A stretch of 59,244 bases of DNA from Lentisphaerota bacterium (GTDB lineage Bacteria; Verrucomicrobiota; Kiritimatiellia; UBA8416; JABMPJ01): positions 1-59,244 of the forward strand of contig JABMPJ010000210.1 in NCBI GenBank assembly GCA_013203785.1, given 5' to 3'. Positions 9,399 to 19,105 of the stretch are shown piece after piece (the stretch's first letter is position 1; the number at the start of each line of letters is the position of its first letter). The position numbers were made by a program, and so were the translations under genes. The notes below the pieces were generated by a model. It did not search any database and was not told the DNA's origin. It worked only from the letters and a program-made list of their open reading frames with translations.

Positions 9399-10241
9399 AT
9401 GCTCAATGCGCTAACAATTGATCTCGAGGAGTGGTTTTGCGTTAGCAACTTCGAGAAGATTATCCGACGAGAGGACTGGGATTCGCTGGAAAGCCGGATC
9501 GAGATGCAGACTGAGCAGATCCTGGAACTCCTCAATAGGCTTGAAGTCAAAGCCACTTTCTTTATTCTTGGATGGGTTGCCGAGCGGCATCCTACCCTGA
9601 TACGTCGTGTCGCTGAGGCTGGCCACGAGATTGCCTGCCACGGCTACGCGCACCGTCTGATCTACGATATGAGTCCGGATGAATTCAGGGATGACCTCAG
9701 GAGGGGGCTTGACGTCATTGGAGAGACTTCCGGGCAGATCTGTAGGGGGTACCGAGCGACGTCATTTTCTATTCGTCGTGACATGCAGTGGACCTGGGAT
9801 GTTTTGCATGAGAACGGTATAACCTATGATTCCTCTATATTTCCCGTGCTGCATCACCGCTACGGAGAACCGGATGCCCCTCGCGACATCTTTGAGATTG
9901 AAACGGCGACCGGAACGCTTTTGGAGTTGCCCCTTCCAACGATCCGGCTGAAGGGGCGCAATCTACCCGTTGCTGGGGGGGGCTACCTGCGTCTATATCC
10001 ATTGGCACTCACCACATGGGCGATCCGTCGGATCAATCGCGAAGGCATTTCAGCGATCATATACATACACCCTTGGGAGGTGGATCCTGATCAGCCCAAA
10101 CCCGATGTCTCGAAGCTGGTCCTCACACGTCACCGGATCGGGATGGGAACGGTTCTGCGGAAGATGGAGCGGCTGATGAATTCCTTTGAGTTCTCAACGG
10201 TTGCTGAAGTGCTCGATCGAAGGTCCGGGGTTGAAATGTGA
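9399..10241 (+). CDS. XrtA/PEP-CTERM-locus-type polysaccharide deacetylase (CE4, DUF3473-like)
   Basis: MLNALTIDLEEWF, ATFFILGWVAE, HEIACHGYAH, YDSSIFP, GGGYLRLYP, YIHPWEVDP.QP. Confidence 0.85.
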   Translation: MLNALTIDLEEWFCVSNFEKIIRREDWDSLESRIEMQTEQILELLNRLEVKATFFILGWVAERHPTLIRRVAEAGHEIACHGYAHRLIYDMSPDEFRDDLRRGLDVIGETSGQICRGYRATSFSIRRDMQWTWDVLHENGITYDSSIFPVLHHRYGEPDAPRDIFEIETATGTLLELPLPTIRLKGRNLPVAGGGYLRLYPLALTTWAIRRINREGISAIIYIHPWEVDPDQPKPDVSKLVLTRHRIGMGTVLRKMERLMNSFEFSTVAEVLDRRSGVEM

Positions 10242-10295
10242 GAGCTGGGATCGCGTATGGGACAGCTGTGACCTGCGACTATTTTCCTCCAGTTA

Positions 10296-10337
10296 TCGAC
10301 TTTCGACCTCAGGCCGCCGCCCGCCGACCGCCGACCT
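10296..10337 (+). repeat. Intergenic heptamer array (family C)
   Basis: tcgactt tcgacct caggccg ccgcccg ccgaccg ccgacct. Confidence 0.55.
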
Positions 10338-10347
10338 TCGGTACGCT

Positions 10348-11658
10348 ATGACTTTCTTCTTCACATTGGTCTTCATGTTCCTTGTCTACTGGCGTCCGCA
10401 GGACTGGCTGGTGCCTCAGCTCTATGGCGTTCCCATTCTGGATGCCGTAACGTTTATCGCATTGCTCGCACTTCTTCTTGAGATGGGACAGGGGCGTATT
10501 GATTTTCCCAAGCGCATGCCACAGGTGTTCTTGCTGGGTGGGCTCTGGTTTGCGGCGATGTTTTCGCATGTCCCTCACACGTATTTCGCAGGCATAATGG
10601 CGACGTTGCCAGAGGTGTTTAAGATTTGCTTCTTCTCTCTTCTCATGCTCTGCGTTCTTGACCGGCCAGCTCGACTCCGGTCTGTAGCACGTCTGTTGGT
10701 GGCGATGTCCTTATTTATGGCCGTCCATGCCATTTTGCAGGCCGATCGCGGCTACGGATTTGGGCCTGTGAGACCATACTACGTACCTGCGTACGCCGAC
10801 AACCCAGAGCAATACAGGACATTGTTCTATGGGATCTTCGAAGACTCAAATGACATGGCGCAGACCCTGGCAACCAGTATACCTCTATCTTTCGTGGTAT
10901 TGAGACGGGGCAAATGGCTGTCTCTGCTAGTTGGCGGGGTTTGCACGGCGGTGCTTTTCTTAGGCATACAGACCACCTACTCCGACGGCGGAATGATTGC
11001 GCTCTTTGCCGTCGGGGGTGTCATGCTGGTCATGGCTCTGCCTGCGAGATGGGTACCCACTATGTTGACGATTGGCATTCTTGGAGGGCTGGCGTTATGC
11101 CCTTTTTCCGGGGCGATATTGGACGAGTCCGCACACGACCGTGTCGTGTTCTGGGGGTATGCCAATGAGGCATTCAAGCACAACTTGTTTTTCGGTGTTG
11201 GACACGCGATGTTCTGGCAAGTCGCAGATTCGAGAGCTGCACACAATGCTTTTGTTGAGTGCTACACCGAGATCGGTCTGTTTGGGTATTGGTTCTGGTT
11301 TTCTCTGCTGCTCTTATCCATCGCGGGGTGTTGGCGTGTGCGGCGTCTGCTCGCAAAGGATCATAAGGACCCTGAACGCGCATGGCTTTTCAAGTTTTCC
11401 GGTATGGCGCTTGCCGCGATGATCGGTATGAGTGCCTCCTCGTATTTTCTTTCACGAGCATTTCATTTTCCCACGTTTTTTCTGTTCTCGCTCTTGGGAG
11501 CGCTCCCGCGCGTTACGCAGGCGTATCTTCCTGAGGGTGCGGAACCCATAGTTCGATGGGACAGTCGCACTGTCATTCTTCTGACGGTGGGAGCTGTCGG
11601 CAGTGTCGTCTATATTTACATCTCCATCCTGTTGTTAAACCGTGTCTGGGGGGGGTAA
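10348..11658 (+). CDS. O-antigen ligase/Wzy-like polytopic membrane protein
   Basis: Many TM helices; GIFEDSND.A, R...W......K..LFFGVG, AHNAFV..Y.E.GLFG. Start moved to ATG 10348. Confidence 0.75.
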   Translation: MTFFFTLVFMFLVYWRPQDWLVPQLYGVPILDAVTFIALLALLLEMGQGRIDFPKRMPQVFLLGGLWFAAMFSHVPHTYFAGIMATLPEVFKICFFSLLMLCVLDRPARLRSVARLLVAMSLFMAVHAILQADRGYGFGPVRPYYVPAYADNPEQYRTLFYGIFEDSNDMAQTLATSIPLSFVVLRRGKWLSLLVGGVCTAVLFLGIQTTYSDGGMIALFAVGGVMLVMALPARWVPTMLTIGILGGLALCPFSGAILDESAHDRVVFWGYANEAFKHNLFFGVGHAMFWQVADSRAAHNAFVECYTEIGLFGYWFWFSLLLLSIAGCWRVRRLLAKDHKDPERAWLFKFSGMALAAMIGMSASSYFLSRAFHFPTFFLFSLLGALPRVTQAYLPEGAEPIVRWDSRTVILLTVGAVGSVVYIYISILLLNRVWGG

Positions 11659-11789
11659 TCAGGTTCTTTATGAGTGCCGGATGGACCCGCGGCTGTTCGT
11701 ATTGCGAAGATGCTCGTTCTGAGCTAGCTGTTGAGGGGCGAGATAGATCCCTGCTTTTGATCTTGCCCTTTGATTTGAAGTCAAGTATG

Positions 11790-11805
11790 TTCAGTATGTT
11801 TTGAA
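11790..11805. promoter_or_regulatory. Candidate operator/promoter region upstream of the GbsR-like gene
   Basis: TTCAG-N6-TTGAA imperfect palindrome overlapping a possible TTGCCC-N16-TATGTT promoter in an AT-richer gap. Confidence 0.3.
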
Positions 11806-11975
11806 GGAATCACAAAGCAGTGGCGCATAACTTACGGAGACGAAGTCTGTGAGATAGTGGTGGTTAATGCTTGGTTCTGAGAGGTCTAAGCAGTGGAAGA
11901 TGGGCCAATGTCTCCCATGTCTGCGGTTGACTTTTCTCTGTCTGACGTCGCTGCCAGAGTCAGTTTCCTTTCTGT

Positions 11976-12461
11976 ATGACACCTGAAAAAATGCCTTCGA
12001 TAGTCCAGCGTTTCATCGAAGATGCCGGCAATCTGACGACTTCCCTTGGTCTTGGGAGGACGATTGGGCAGATGTTTGCGTTTCTTTACTTCAGTCCGAG
12101 ACCGCAGGCCCTCTCGGATATACAGGCGGCTCTGGGGATTAGCAAGGGCGGTGCCAGCATGACGGTCCGACAGCTTGAACAGTGGGCAGCTGTGCGCAAG
12201 GTGTGGGTCAAGGGTGATCGCAAGGACTACTATGAGGCCAATGAATGGGTTGGTCAGATAGTGCGGAATATTTTGGTGGATACGATTGGAAAACGACTGG
12301 AGCAAGCAAACGGACTCTTGGTGCTGGATGTTGGCGGTGACTCGCCACCAGCAGGTGGCGCGTCGGAATTCATTCGCCAGCGCATATCTAACTTGGCAGG
12401 TTTCCAGAAGAGAGCTCAGAAAGTGTGGTCTAATCCGATTGTTCAGCGTTTGCTTCGGTGA
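11976..12461 (+). CDS. GbsR/MarR family transcriptional regulator
   Basis: FIEDAG.....LGLGRTIGQMFAFLYFS..P..L.DI...LGISKG.AS...RQL..W..V.KV...GDRKDYYEA. Confidence 0.85.
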   Translation: MTPEKMPSIVQRFIEDAGNLTTSLGLGRTIGQMFAFLYFSPRPQALSDIQAALGISKGGASMTVRQLEQWAAVRKVWVKGDRKDYYEANEWVGQIVRNILVDTIGKRLEQANGLLVLDVGGDSPPAGGASEFIRQRISNLAGFQKRAQKVWSNPIVQRLLR

Positions 12462-12544
12462 GTTGAGTCCGAATTGATCCATTTGTCGTGTTCGATTATC
12501 ACTGTTTTCTGTAGAGAGGCTCCAATCGTAGGAGGAAGATCCCA

Positions 12545-14629
12545 ATGCTGCCAGAATCGCCCAAAAGCTTAGCGTGTCCGTCATGCCTGACTCCTCTGGC
12601 TCCATCTGGCGCTGAGTTGGTGTGTTCCCAGTGTTCCGCAGCCTTTCCTCTTGAGAACGGAGTCATCTGTCTCCGGAAGGACGACGAGTACTACTTTGGC
12701 GAACTTCCCCAAGCTCAGATGCGTGAAGTGCTGGGTCGCCTTGACGACGACAACCTGAAGGTGGTTCTGGACCGCTGGAAAGGTGAACATCCGGAGGACA
12801 TTGGGATCGACCTCGCAGACTACGCCCTTGATCCACGCCGTGCATCCTGGAAATTCTTCACTGCGCTGCCGGAGGAGGGCGGTGCGGCGATAGATATTGG
12901 TTGTGGCTGGGGGGTGCTCGCGTTGAGCTTGGCGGAGAACTTTCAGGAAGTCGTTGCGATGGACTTGACTTTGGAGCGAGCCCAGATGGTTCAGAAGCGT
13001 GCCGAGCAGGAGGGCAAGAAGAACGTCATTGCGGTGCAGGGAGGGAACTCAGAGCAATTGCCCTTCCTTGATAATTCGTTCGATCTGGTTGTCCTAAACG
13101 GTGTGCTTGAATGGGTGCCCTGTAATCATGCGGGGAACCCTCGGAAGATACAACTCCAGTTTCTTGGAGAGGTGAGACGGATACTGAAGCCAGAAGGGCA
13201 GCTCTACTTGGCCATTGAAAACAGATATTTCTATGGCTATCTCCGGGGCGCAATAGATCATCATTCAGGCCTGAGGTATGCCCCGTTCCTTCCTCGTTGG
13301 CTGGCCCATGTCTGGTCGTTTGCTCAGCAGAAACGATCCTATCGGAACTACCTCTATGGCTATTATGGCTACAAGCGGTTGCTTTCCCAAGCAGGCTTCT
13401 GTGATAGCCAGATTTTCGTTCCATGGACCCACTACGCAAGTTTCAGCTCTTTCTGGACCGCAACACCGACATCTTGCGTCAGAAGTGCGGTGTCGCCCAG
13501 ATCGATGCGGAAGAGGATTGCCCTCAGCACCCTCTCTCGCCTCCGTGCCTTCAAATATTTTCCGTCAAGCTTCAGCATCGTCGCGGCAAAGGCGGTTTGC
13601 ACGCCGAGTTTTGCTGAGCGGCTGGCGAAATCTGTTGCCAGCAAGGTGTTTCCTGATGGGTGCGGCATGAGCATCGGGCACATGAGCATCTGCGCGGGTA
13701 GTGACAAAGCGGTGATCTATCTGCAACGTGATGACAAGATCGTTCCCGGATATGTTGCAATTATGGGATTGAATGGCGCGGAGTCAAAGCGCGTACGAGA
13801 GGGCTATGATCAGCTGAATCAACTCTGGGCGCAGCCCTATCTGTCTTCGGCGGTCAAAGCGTTGATACCTCAACCTGTCTGTTCTGGAGAGTTGGGCGGA
13901 CAGTACTACGCAGTACAGTCGCGCATAGCTGGAGTTCAGGCCCACAGATTTACTCGCAATCGCGAGCTCACGCATCGGGCATTGCGCGAGGGTGAAAGAT
14001 TTCTTTCGGATCTTCACGGGTCATCGACCGCAACGCTACAGGTTGCATCGGCACGGCAAGTGGAGCGATTTACGAGCTACCTGGATCGCCTCAAATCCAG
14101 AGAGCGCGCTTCGATTTCGGATGAGGCCTGTGCGCAAGCCAAGGAGTTCATTCGCAAGAAGCTGCAGAATGCGGTCATACCGATTGTGTTTGGGCATGGA
14201 GACTGTGGACTTTACCAGTTCCTCATGGACGAGAGGACTACCCAGTTATCAGGCGTCATAGATTGGGAGTTCGGGGCACCAGATGACTGGCCCCTCCATG
14301 ATTGGCTGGTATTGAACGTCTCGTATAGGGAGCTGTGGTCTGATGTCTTGGTCACAGATGGCTTTCTTGGTTTGCTCGAGCACCTGTCAGAGCCAGGTGC
14401 TGATCGGGATGCCTTTCTTGGTTACGTGTCCCAGCTCAACCTGAGCGCCCCAGCGGTCTCTGGGCTGTGTGTCGCCAGTTTTTTCAGGCTAGTATCAATC
14501 AATGCTTTTTTGGCTGACATGTACTATCCCCGGCGGCAATACAGGATGGAAGAAGTAATCGCTTCTGTTGATCAGCTCCTGGATCAACTGCTCTCGTCAG
14601 CGGAGGCTGTAGCTCGTGGGATCAACTGA
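12545..14629 (+). CDS. Fusion: Trm112-like Zn ribbon, class I methyltransferase and APH-like phosphotransferase
   Basis: CPSC..CSQC; DIGCGWG, FDLVVLNGVLEW, RILKPEG; C-terminal HGDCGLYQ and GVIDWE. Confidence 0.75.
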   Translation: MLPESPKSLACPSCLTPLAPSGAELVCSQCSAAFPLENGVICLRKDDEYYFGELPQAQMREVLGRLDDDNLKVVLDRWKGEHPEDIGIDLADYALDPRRASWKFFTALPEEGGAAIDIGCGWGVLALSLAENFQEVVAMDLTLERAQMVQKRAEQEGKKNVIAVQGGNSEQLPFLDNSFDLVVLNGVLEWVPCNHAGNPRKIQLQFLGEVRRILKPEGQLYLAIENRYFYGYLRGAIDHHSGLRYAPFLPRWLAHVWSFAQQKRSYRNYLYGYYGYKRLLSQAGFCDSQIFVPWTHYASFSSFWTATPTSCVRSAVSPRSMRKRIALSTLSRLRAFKYFPSSFSIVAAKAVCTPSFAERLAKSVASKVFPDGCGMSIGHMSICAGSDKAVIYLQRDDKIVPGYVAIMGLNGAESKRVREGYDQLNQLWAQPYLSSAVKALIPQPVCSGELGGQYYAVQSRIAGVQAHRFTRNRELTHRALREGERFLSDLHGSSTATLQVASARQVERFTSYLDRLKSRERASISDEACAQAKEFIRKKLQNAVIPIVFGHGDCGLYQFLMDERTTQLSGVIDWEFGAPDDWPLHDWLVLNVSYRELWSDVLVTDGFLGLLEHLSEPGADRDAFLGYVSQLNLSAPAVSGLCVASFFRLVSINAFLADMYYPRRQYRMEEVIASVDQLLDQLLSSAEAVARGIN

Positions 14630-16139
14630 CGGTTCAAGAGTCCTCGTAGACTCCGCTGACCTCTCTGGGAATCTCCGCTCTCGGACCATCTCAGGGGGAG
14701 GATGGAGTGTGCTGTTCAGGGCCAGTGAGGAGATCTTCGGCTTTGCGGCGGGCATAGCTTTTGCTCGGTTGCTCGCACCATCTGACTTTGGAATGGTCGC
14801 CATGGTGTCGTTACTCATGGGATTTGCACATCTGCTTCGCGAGTTTGGGCTCAGGACCTCACTCGTGCAGAGGGCAAAAGTCCTCGAGGCAGACCTGTCG
14901 ACCATATTCTGGTATTGGCTGTTTGCTGGCACATTGCTCATGATCCTGTTCATGTTGGCGTCGGGCCTGATCGCTGATCTGTTTCATCAAGCGAGGTTGG
15001 CTCCACTGGCTATCGTGATGTCAGTTGGTTTTATCGTTTCCGTTCCGCTGGCAACCTATCAAACCATTCTCACGCTTGAGATGAGGTTTCTGAAGCTGGG
15101 CTCTCTCCAGCTCGCCGCGCGGGTCGTGGGCACGACCGTGGGTCTGGCTATGGCTGTGAATCATGGAGGAGTGTGGGCTCTCGTCGTGGCCGCGATGTGT
15201 ACGGAACTCGCAAACCTAGCCTTTCTTGCCTTGTCTACGAGATGGCCTGTCGGCAAGGGTTTCTCGTTCGGTCGTCTCCGATCGCTCATGTGGTTTGGCG
15301 GTCACTACACGCTGACCCATGTCTTGACATACGTGAGCCAGAGCGGAGACAAGTTCCTTATCGGAAGAATGTTGGGCGAAACGCCGTTGGGATTATATCG
15401 ACGTGCATGGATGATGATGACGATGCCATGGCAGAGTCTGACGCTGTCGCTGTGGTCAGCGCTGTATCGAGCTCTTTCTGTCATGAAGGACGAGGAGGGT
15501 CGTTCGCAATTGGCATATCTTCGGATCTGCCGATGGGTCCAGTTCGTGACTCTACCTCTTACACTGGGAATGGGTGCCGTTGCGGAGCCTTTCACGATCG
15601 GGCTTTACGGCGAGCAGTGGGCGGGTATGGTTCCTGTTCTGCGCTACCTCTGTGTTGTCGGTGCCATACGTTGTCCGATTTCTCTTGCCCAATTGCTTTA
15701 CACTTCACAGGGTAGACCAGATCTGGGGCTGCGCATGTCTGTCATCGATGGCGCAATGACCTTGGTGTTAAGCTATCTAGGGCTTCGACTAGGGGGGGTG
15801 ATGGGATTGGTGTACGCGAACGTAGCCTGGAACTGTATATGGCTTGTTCCGGCTCTAGGCGTTCCCTTGAGTTTGATTGGGCTTCGATTCATGCATCAGC
15901 TCCGCGATTCTGCCGGCATTCTCGCTGCTGCTGTGTTGATGGTTCTGGTGGTGCTTCTTGTTTCAGAGAGCACTCTAATCTCGAACAGGCACTGTCTCTC
16001 TCAGTTGTTCATGCTGTCGGCGCTCGGCGGGGTCGCGTATCTCATGTTTGCAGCTTGTCTTCGGCTGAGTGTGTTGCAGGAGTTGCGCGCGGAGCTGTCT
16101 GTGAGGGGTTGGAAGATATTTAACCGCATATTCAGATGA
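14616..16139 (+). CDS. wzx: Polysaccharide flippase (WzxC-like, PST family)
   Basis: ARLLAPSDFGMVAM, GVWALV, DKFLIGRMLG...LGLY; many TM segments. Confidence 0.85.
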   Translation: MGSTDGSRVLVDSADLSGNLRSRTISGGGWSVLFRASEEIFGFAAGIAFARLLAPSDFGMVAMVSLLMGFAHLLREFGLRTSLVQRAKVLEADLSTIFWYWLFAGTLLMILFMLASGLIADLFHQARLAPLAIVMSVGFIVSVPLATYQTILTLEMRFLKLGSLQLAARVVGTTVGLAMAVNHGGVWALVVAAMCTELANLAFLALSTRWPVGKGFSFGRLRSLMWFGGHYTLTHVLTYVSQSGDKFLIGRMLGETPLGLYRRAWMMMTMPWQSLTLSLWSALYRALSVMKDEEGRSQLAYLRICRWVQFVTLPLTLGMGAVAEPFTIGLYGEQWAGMVPVLRYLCVVGAIRCPISLAQLLYTSQGRPDLGLRMSVIDGAMTLVLSYLGLRLGGVMGLVYANVAWNCIWLVPALGVPLSLIGLRFMHQLRDSAGILAAAVLMVLVVLLVSESTLISNRHCLSQLFMLSALGGVAYLMFAACLRLSVLQELRAELSVRGWKIFNRIFR

Positions 16140-16177
16140 ACCATTGGCTGATCTGTGTCGACCACAATGAATAGGAC

Positions 16178-17041
16178 GTGTATACGGTCGTGAGTGAATC
16201 ACCTGTCATAAAGCTCACGCGCAAATGGTGGCCGCCTGCACCGGATCGAGAGGAGTGGTCTGCCAAGCTGCGCCGATTCTATGACGAGAACTCTGCGTAC
16301 CACGCGATGACGGCTGAGGCTCGCAATCCCGAGAACCCCCAAGTCAAGCTTCTCCTGTGTCTTCTGGACGCAGGGAAGTCATATGTGGAGGTCGGCTGTG
16401 GCAGCGGCGAGATCTGTGGTTACGTCTCAGGCGTCGCCAGAACCAGGGGGTTTGACATCTCGCCCATCGCCATTGAGAACGCACAGCGTTGCTACGGAGG
16501 TCCCACGGCAAGATTTGAGGTGGCCTCGGCTGAGTCTTTGCCTGTGCCGGATTCATCAGTTGATGGGGTTTATTCATTCGAGGTGCTTGAGCATCTCTGG
16601 AATCCCTGTGCGGCGCTTTGTGAGATGGCCCGAATCGTGAAGCCAGGCGGATATATTCTTGTGTCAACGCCCAACTACCTCTCTCTTGATCTTCACCTTA
16701 GGAAGCACGCGGCAGTTCGTTTTGTGGAGGGAATATGCGCTGGCGCGAGGTATATTCATGATATGCTTACAGGTCGAAGCTACGTGACTCTGGTTCCCGA
16801 CATTGAGGGGGCCGATGTCTATTCCGACTGTGACATGGTCTCATCTCTCGTGCCCTGCAATATGCCACGAACTATACGTGAGATGGGCTGTGAGCTGGTC
16901 TTTGTTGATACATTCTACATGGGGGCTCATGACCCGAGCCACGACACGGACTTGGCATTTCAGCGAAATGCGGGCCGACCCGTGGTCAAGTGGTTTGGTG
17001 ACCACATTCTTCTCTTGGCTGTCAAGGAACGGCAAGCCTGA
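16178..17041 (+). CDS. Class I SAM-dependent methyltransferase
   Basis: EVGCGSG, GFDIS, EVLEHL, RIVKPGG.ILVSTPN. Confidence 0.85.
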   Translation: MYTVVSESPVIKLTRKWWPPAPDREEWSAKLRRFYDENSAYHAMTAEARNPENPQVKLLLCLLDAGKSYVEVGCGSGEICGYVSGVARTRGFDISPIAIENAQRCYGGPTARFEVASAESLPVPDSSVDGVYSFEVLEHLWNPCAALCEMARIVKPGGYILVSTPNYLSLDLHLRKHAAVRFVEGICAGARYIHDMLTGRSYVTLVPDIEGADVYSDCDMVSSLVPCNMPRTIREMGCELVFVDTFYMGAHDPSHDTDLAFQRNAGRPVVKWFGDHILLLAVKERQA

Positions 17042-17157
17042 GAATCGTCATATTGGCTGCGGTCACTTCCATGGATGGGTCTCTCAGCGTGGCGCCTAGC
17101 GGCCAACTCTGATTCAGTCTTGTGCCCGGGAAATAGAAAACCAGAAGGAGGAATCCA

Positions 17158-17895
17158 ATGAATTTGGACAACGCGAAAAGAATATGCGCCCGCTTGTCGT
17201 CCGAAGCCCGTGTTATTGATATTGGTGGTGGCGCTTCGCCGTTCGCACGGGCAGACTGCGTCATTGATGCCGTGGCCTATGATGATCGCAGTCTCCTCGA
17301 TGGAGGACACCCCAAAGAGGGGGAGCGGTTTTGCCGGGAGTCGTGGGTAGAGTTGGATCTGTGTGACAGGACGCCTTGGCCTTTCCTTGATAATTCCTTT
17401 GATTTCGCCACATGCTCCCATCTGCTTGAAGACGTGCGAGACCCTGTCTGGGTATGCTCCGAAATTAACCGAATTGCCAAGGCCGGATATATTGAAGTAC
17501 CGTCACGAATTCTTGAGCAGTCTCTGGGTGTCGAGCATCCTCGTTATGCAGGGTTCTACCACCACCGGTGGTTGATCACTCGAGAGGGCAAAACACTCTG
17601 TTTTCGCCTTAAACCACACTCTATTCACTCCCTGCGGCCAGCCATCGTGGCAAGAGTCACGCCCTGGCAGATGATAAATCCGGACCATGCATTTCCAGCG
17701 TTCGAGTGGGACGGCTCCTTTGACTACGAAGAGATTCTAGAGTTTGACGAGGACAGAGTGACAGCTGAGTTGGTCGCATTTGCCGAGCAGTGTCGGAGTG
17801 TTTCCTCTTTAGTCGTGTCGGGTGGTGCTCCCCCGGGTGAAGTTGTGAAGAAGGCTCTATATGCAATTAGACTGTGGCTGGGGCACGGGGCTTGA
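17158..17895 (+). CDS. Methyltransferase type 11-like protein
   Basis: RBS AGGAGG; VIDIGGG, PWPFLDNSFDFATCSHLLED, KAGYIEVPS. Confidence 0.75.
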   Translation: MNLDNAKRICARLSSEARVIDIGGGASPFARADCVIDAVAYDDRSLLDGGHPKEGERFCRESWVELDLCDRTPWPFLDNSFDFATCSHLLEDVRDPVWVCSEINRIAKAGYIEVPSRILEQSLGVEHPRYAGFYHHRWLITREGKTLCFRLKPHSIHSLRPAIVARVTPWQMINPDHAFPAFEWDGSFDYEEILEFDEDRVTAELVAFAEQCRSVSSLVVSGGAPPGEVVKKALYAIRLWLGHGA

Positions 17896-17968
17896 AGCAG
17901 TTAGCCTTAAGCGCACTAAGGGAAGTTGTTCCGAGTGCCACGGAGCTTACGTACGAAGGGCTCATACG

Positions 17969-19105
17969 ATGAAGACAGCAGTTGTCAGCACGGGTCTACA
18001 GCACGTAGCGCGCGGTGTTGAGGCATGGGCCCGTATGTTGGCCTCCGAGTTAAGGAATCAAAATATTGACGTCACGTTGTTCATGGGATCTGGTGGGTGC
18101 TGTTGCTCCGCTGAAACGGTGATTTGGTGTCTGCCACGAGGAACAGCCGCGAATCGATTGCTTTCTATTGCTGGAGCCCGCTGTGGGGGGTGGCGCTACG
18201 GGTTCGGTAGTCCATATCAAATCGAGCAGACCACATTCTCTGTGGGATTGATTCGGGAGTTACGGCGTGGGTGCTATGATGTGGTCCATCTACAGGACTC
18301 ATGGCTGGCCTGGCTTCTGGAGTGTGCTCGGAGGCGGGGTATGCACTCTGCGAAGGTGATTGTGGTCAATGGCACAGAGGATCCCGTGGAGTTTCTCAGG
18401 CGTTTCGACCACGTCCAGGAGCTGTCGCCAACCTACTACGAACGCCATGGGTCCGACGTCGGCGCAGGAAAGTGGTTCTGTGTCCCGAACTTTGTCGACA
18501 CTTCGCTGTTTGTTCCGGTTGAGCAGGGCGAGGGCATGAGAGAGGCCCTTGGCCTGATGCCGGGTGACCGTGTCGTCCTTTCTGTAGGGGCTCTCAATAG
18601 GCGCAAAAGAGTGGATTGGTTGATTGAGGAGTGTGCGCGAATTGATGATCCCTTCCTCCGTCTTGTCTTGTGTGGTGCGGTTTCATGTGAGGATGGTAGT
18701 GACCTTTTGGCCGCTAAGGCTCGCGCGATACTCGGTGGTCGTGTTCTAATTCTGAGTGATCTCGACCTTCGGCGGATGCCAGAGGTCTATGCCTGCGCTG
18801 ATGTTTTCGTGCTCTGTTCACTTCAGGAGATCTTTGGTATTGTCTTTCTTGAGGCGATGGCATGTGGCGTGCCATGCATAGGCCACACCTATCCAACTAC
18901 TGAATGGGTTATTGGTGGCGGTGGCGTCACTGTCGATATGCAGAAGCAGGGGGCGCTTGCTCGGGTCATCGGCGAGATGCTGGCGAACCCATGCAGAAGT
19001 GTGGAGCTTGGTCGACAGGGCCGCAAGCGTGCCGTTGATGTATTCAGTCAAGAAGCTGTAACGAAGCAAGTGATTGCCATGTACGAGGTCGTACTGGGGA
19101 AATGA
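17969..19105 (+). CDS. GT4 family glycosyltransferase
   Basis: GVE, PNFVDT..F.P, VGAL..RK, ADVFVLCS..EIFGIVFLEAMACG. Confidence 0.85.
   Translation: MKTAVVSTGLQHVARGVEAWARMLASELRNQNIDVTLFMGSGGCCCSAETVIWCLPRGTAANRLLSIAGARCGGWRYGFGSPYQIEQTTFSVGLIRELRRGCYDVVHLQDSWLAWLLECARRRGMHSAKVIVVNGTEDPVEFLRRFDHVQELSPTYYERHGSDVGAGKWFCVPNFVDTSLFVPVEQGEGMREALGLMPGDRVVLSVGALNRRKRVDWLIEECARIDDPFLRLVLCGAVSCEDGSDLLAAKARAILGGRVLILSDLDLRRMPEVYACADVFVLCSLQEIFGIVFLEAMACGVPCIGHTYPTTEWVIGGGGVTVDMQKQGALARVIGEMLANPCRSVELGRQGRKRAVDVFSQEAVTKQVIAMYEVVLGK

Noticed and set aside
10186-10347. Long N-termini from the ORF track (also 2-67, 17861-17968, 26757-26849, 28304-28363, 58981-59154)
   Set aside because: They overlap upstream genes or repeats; downstream ATGs fit the family starts or signal peptides better.
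11886-12605. 239-aa minus-strand ORF
   Set aside because: Antisense shadow of the GbsR-like gene, with no motifs.
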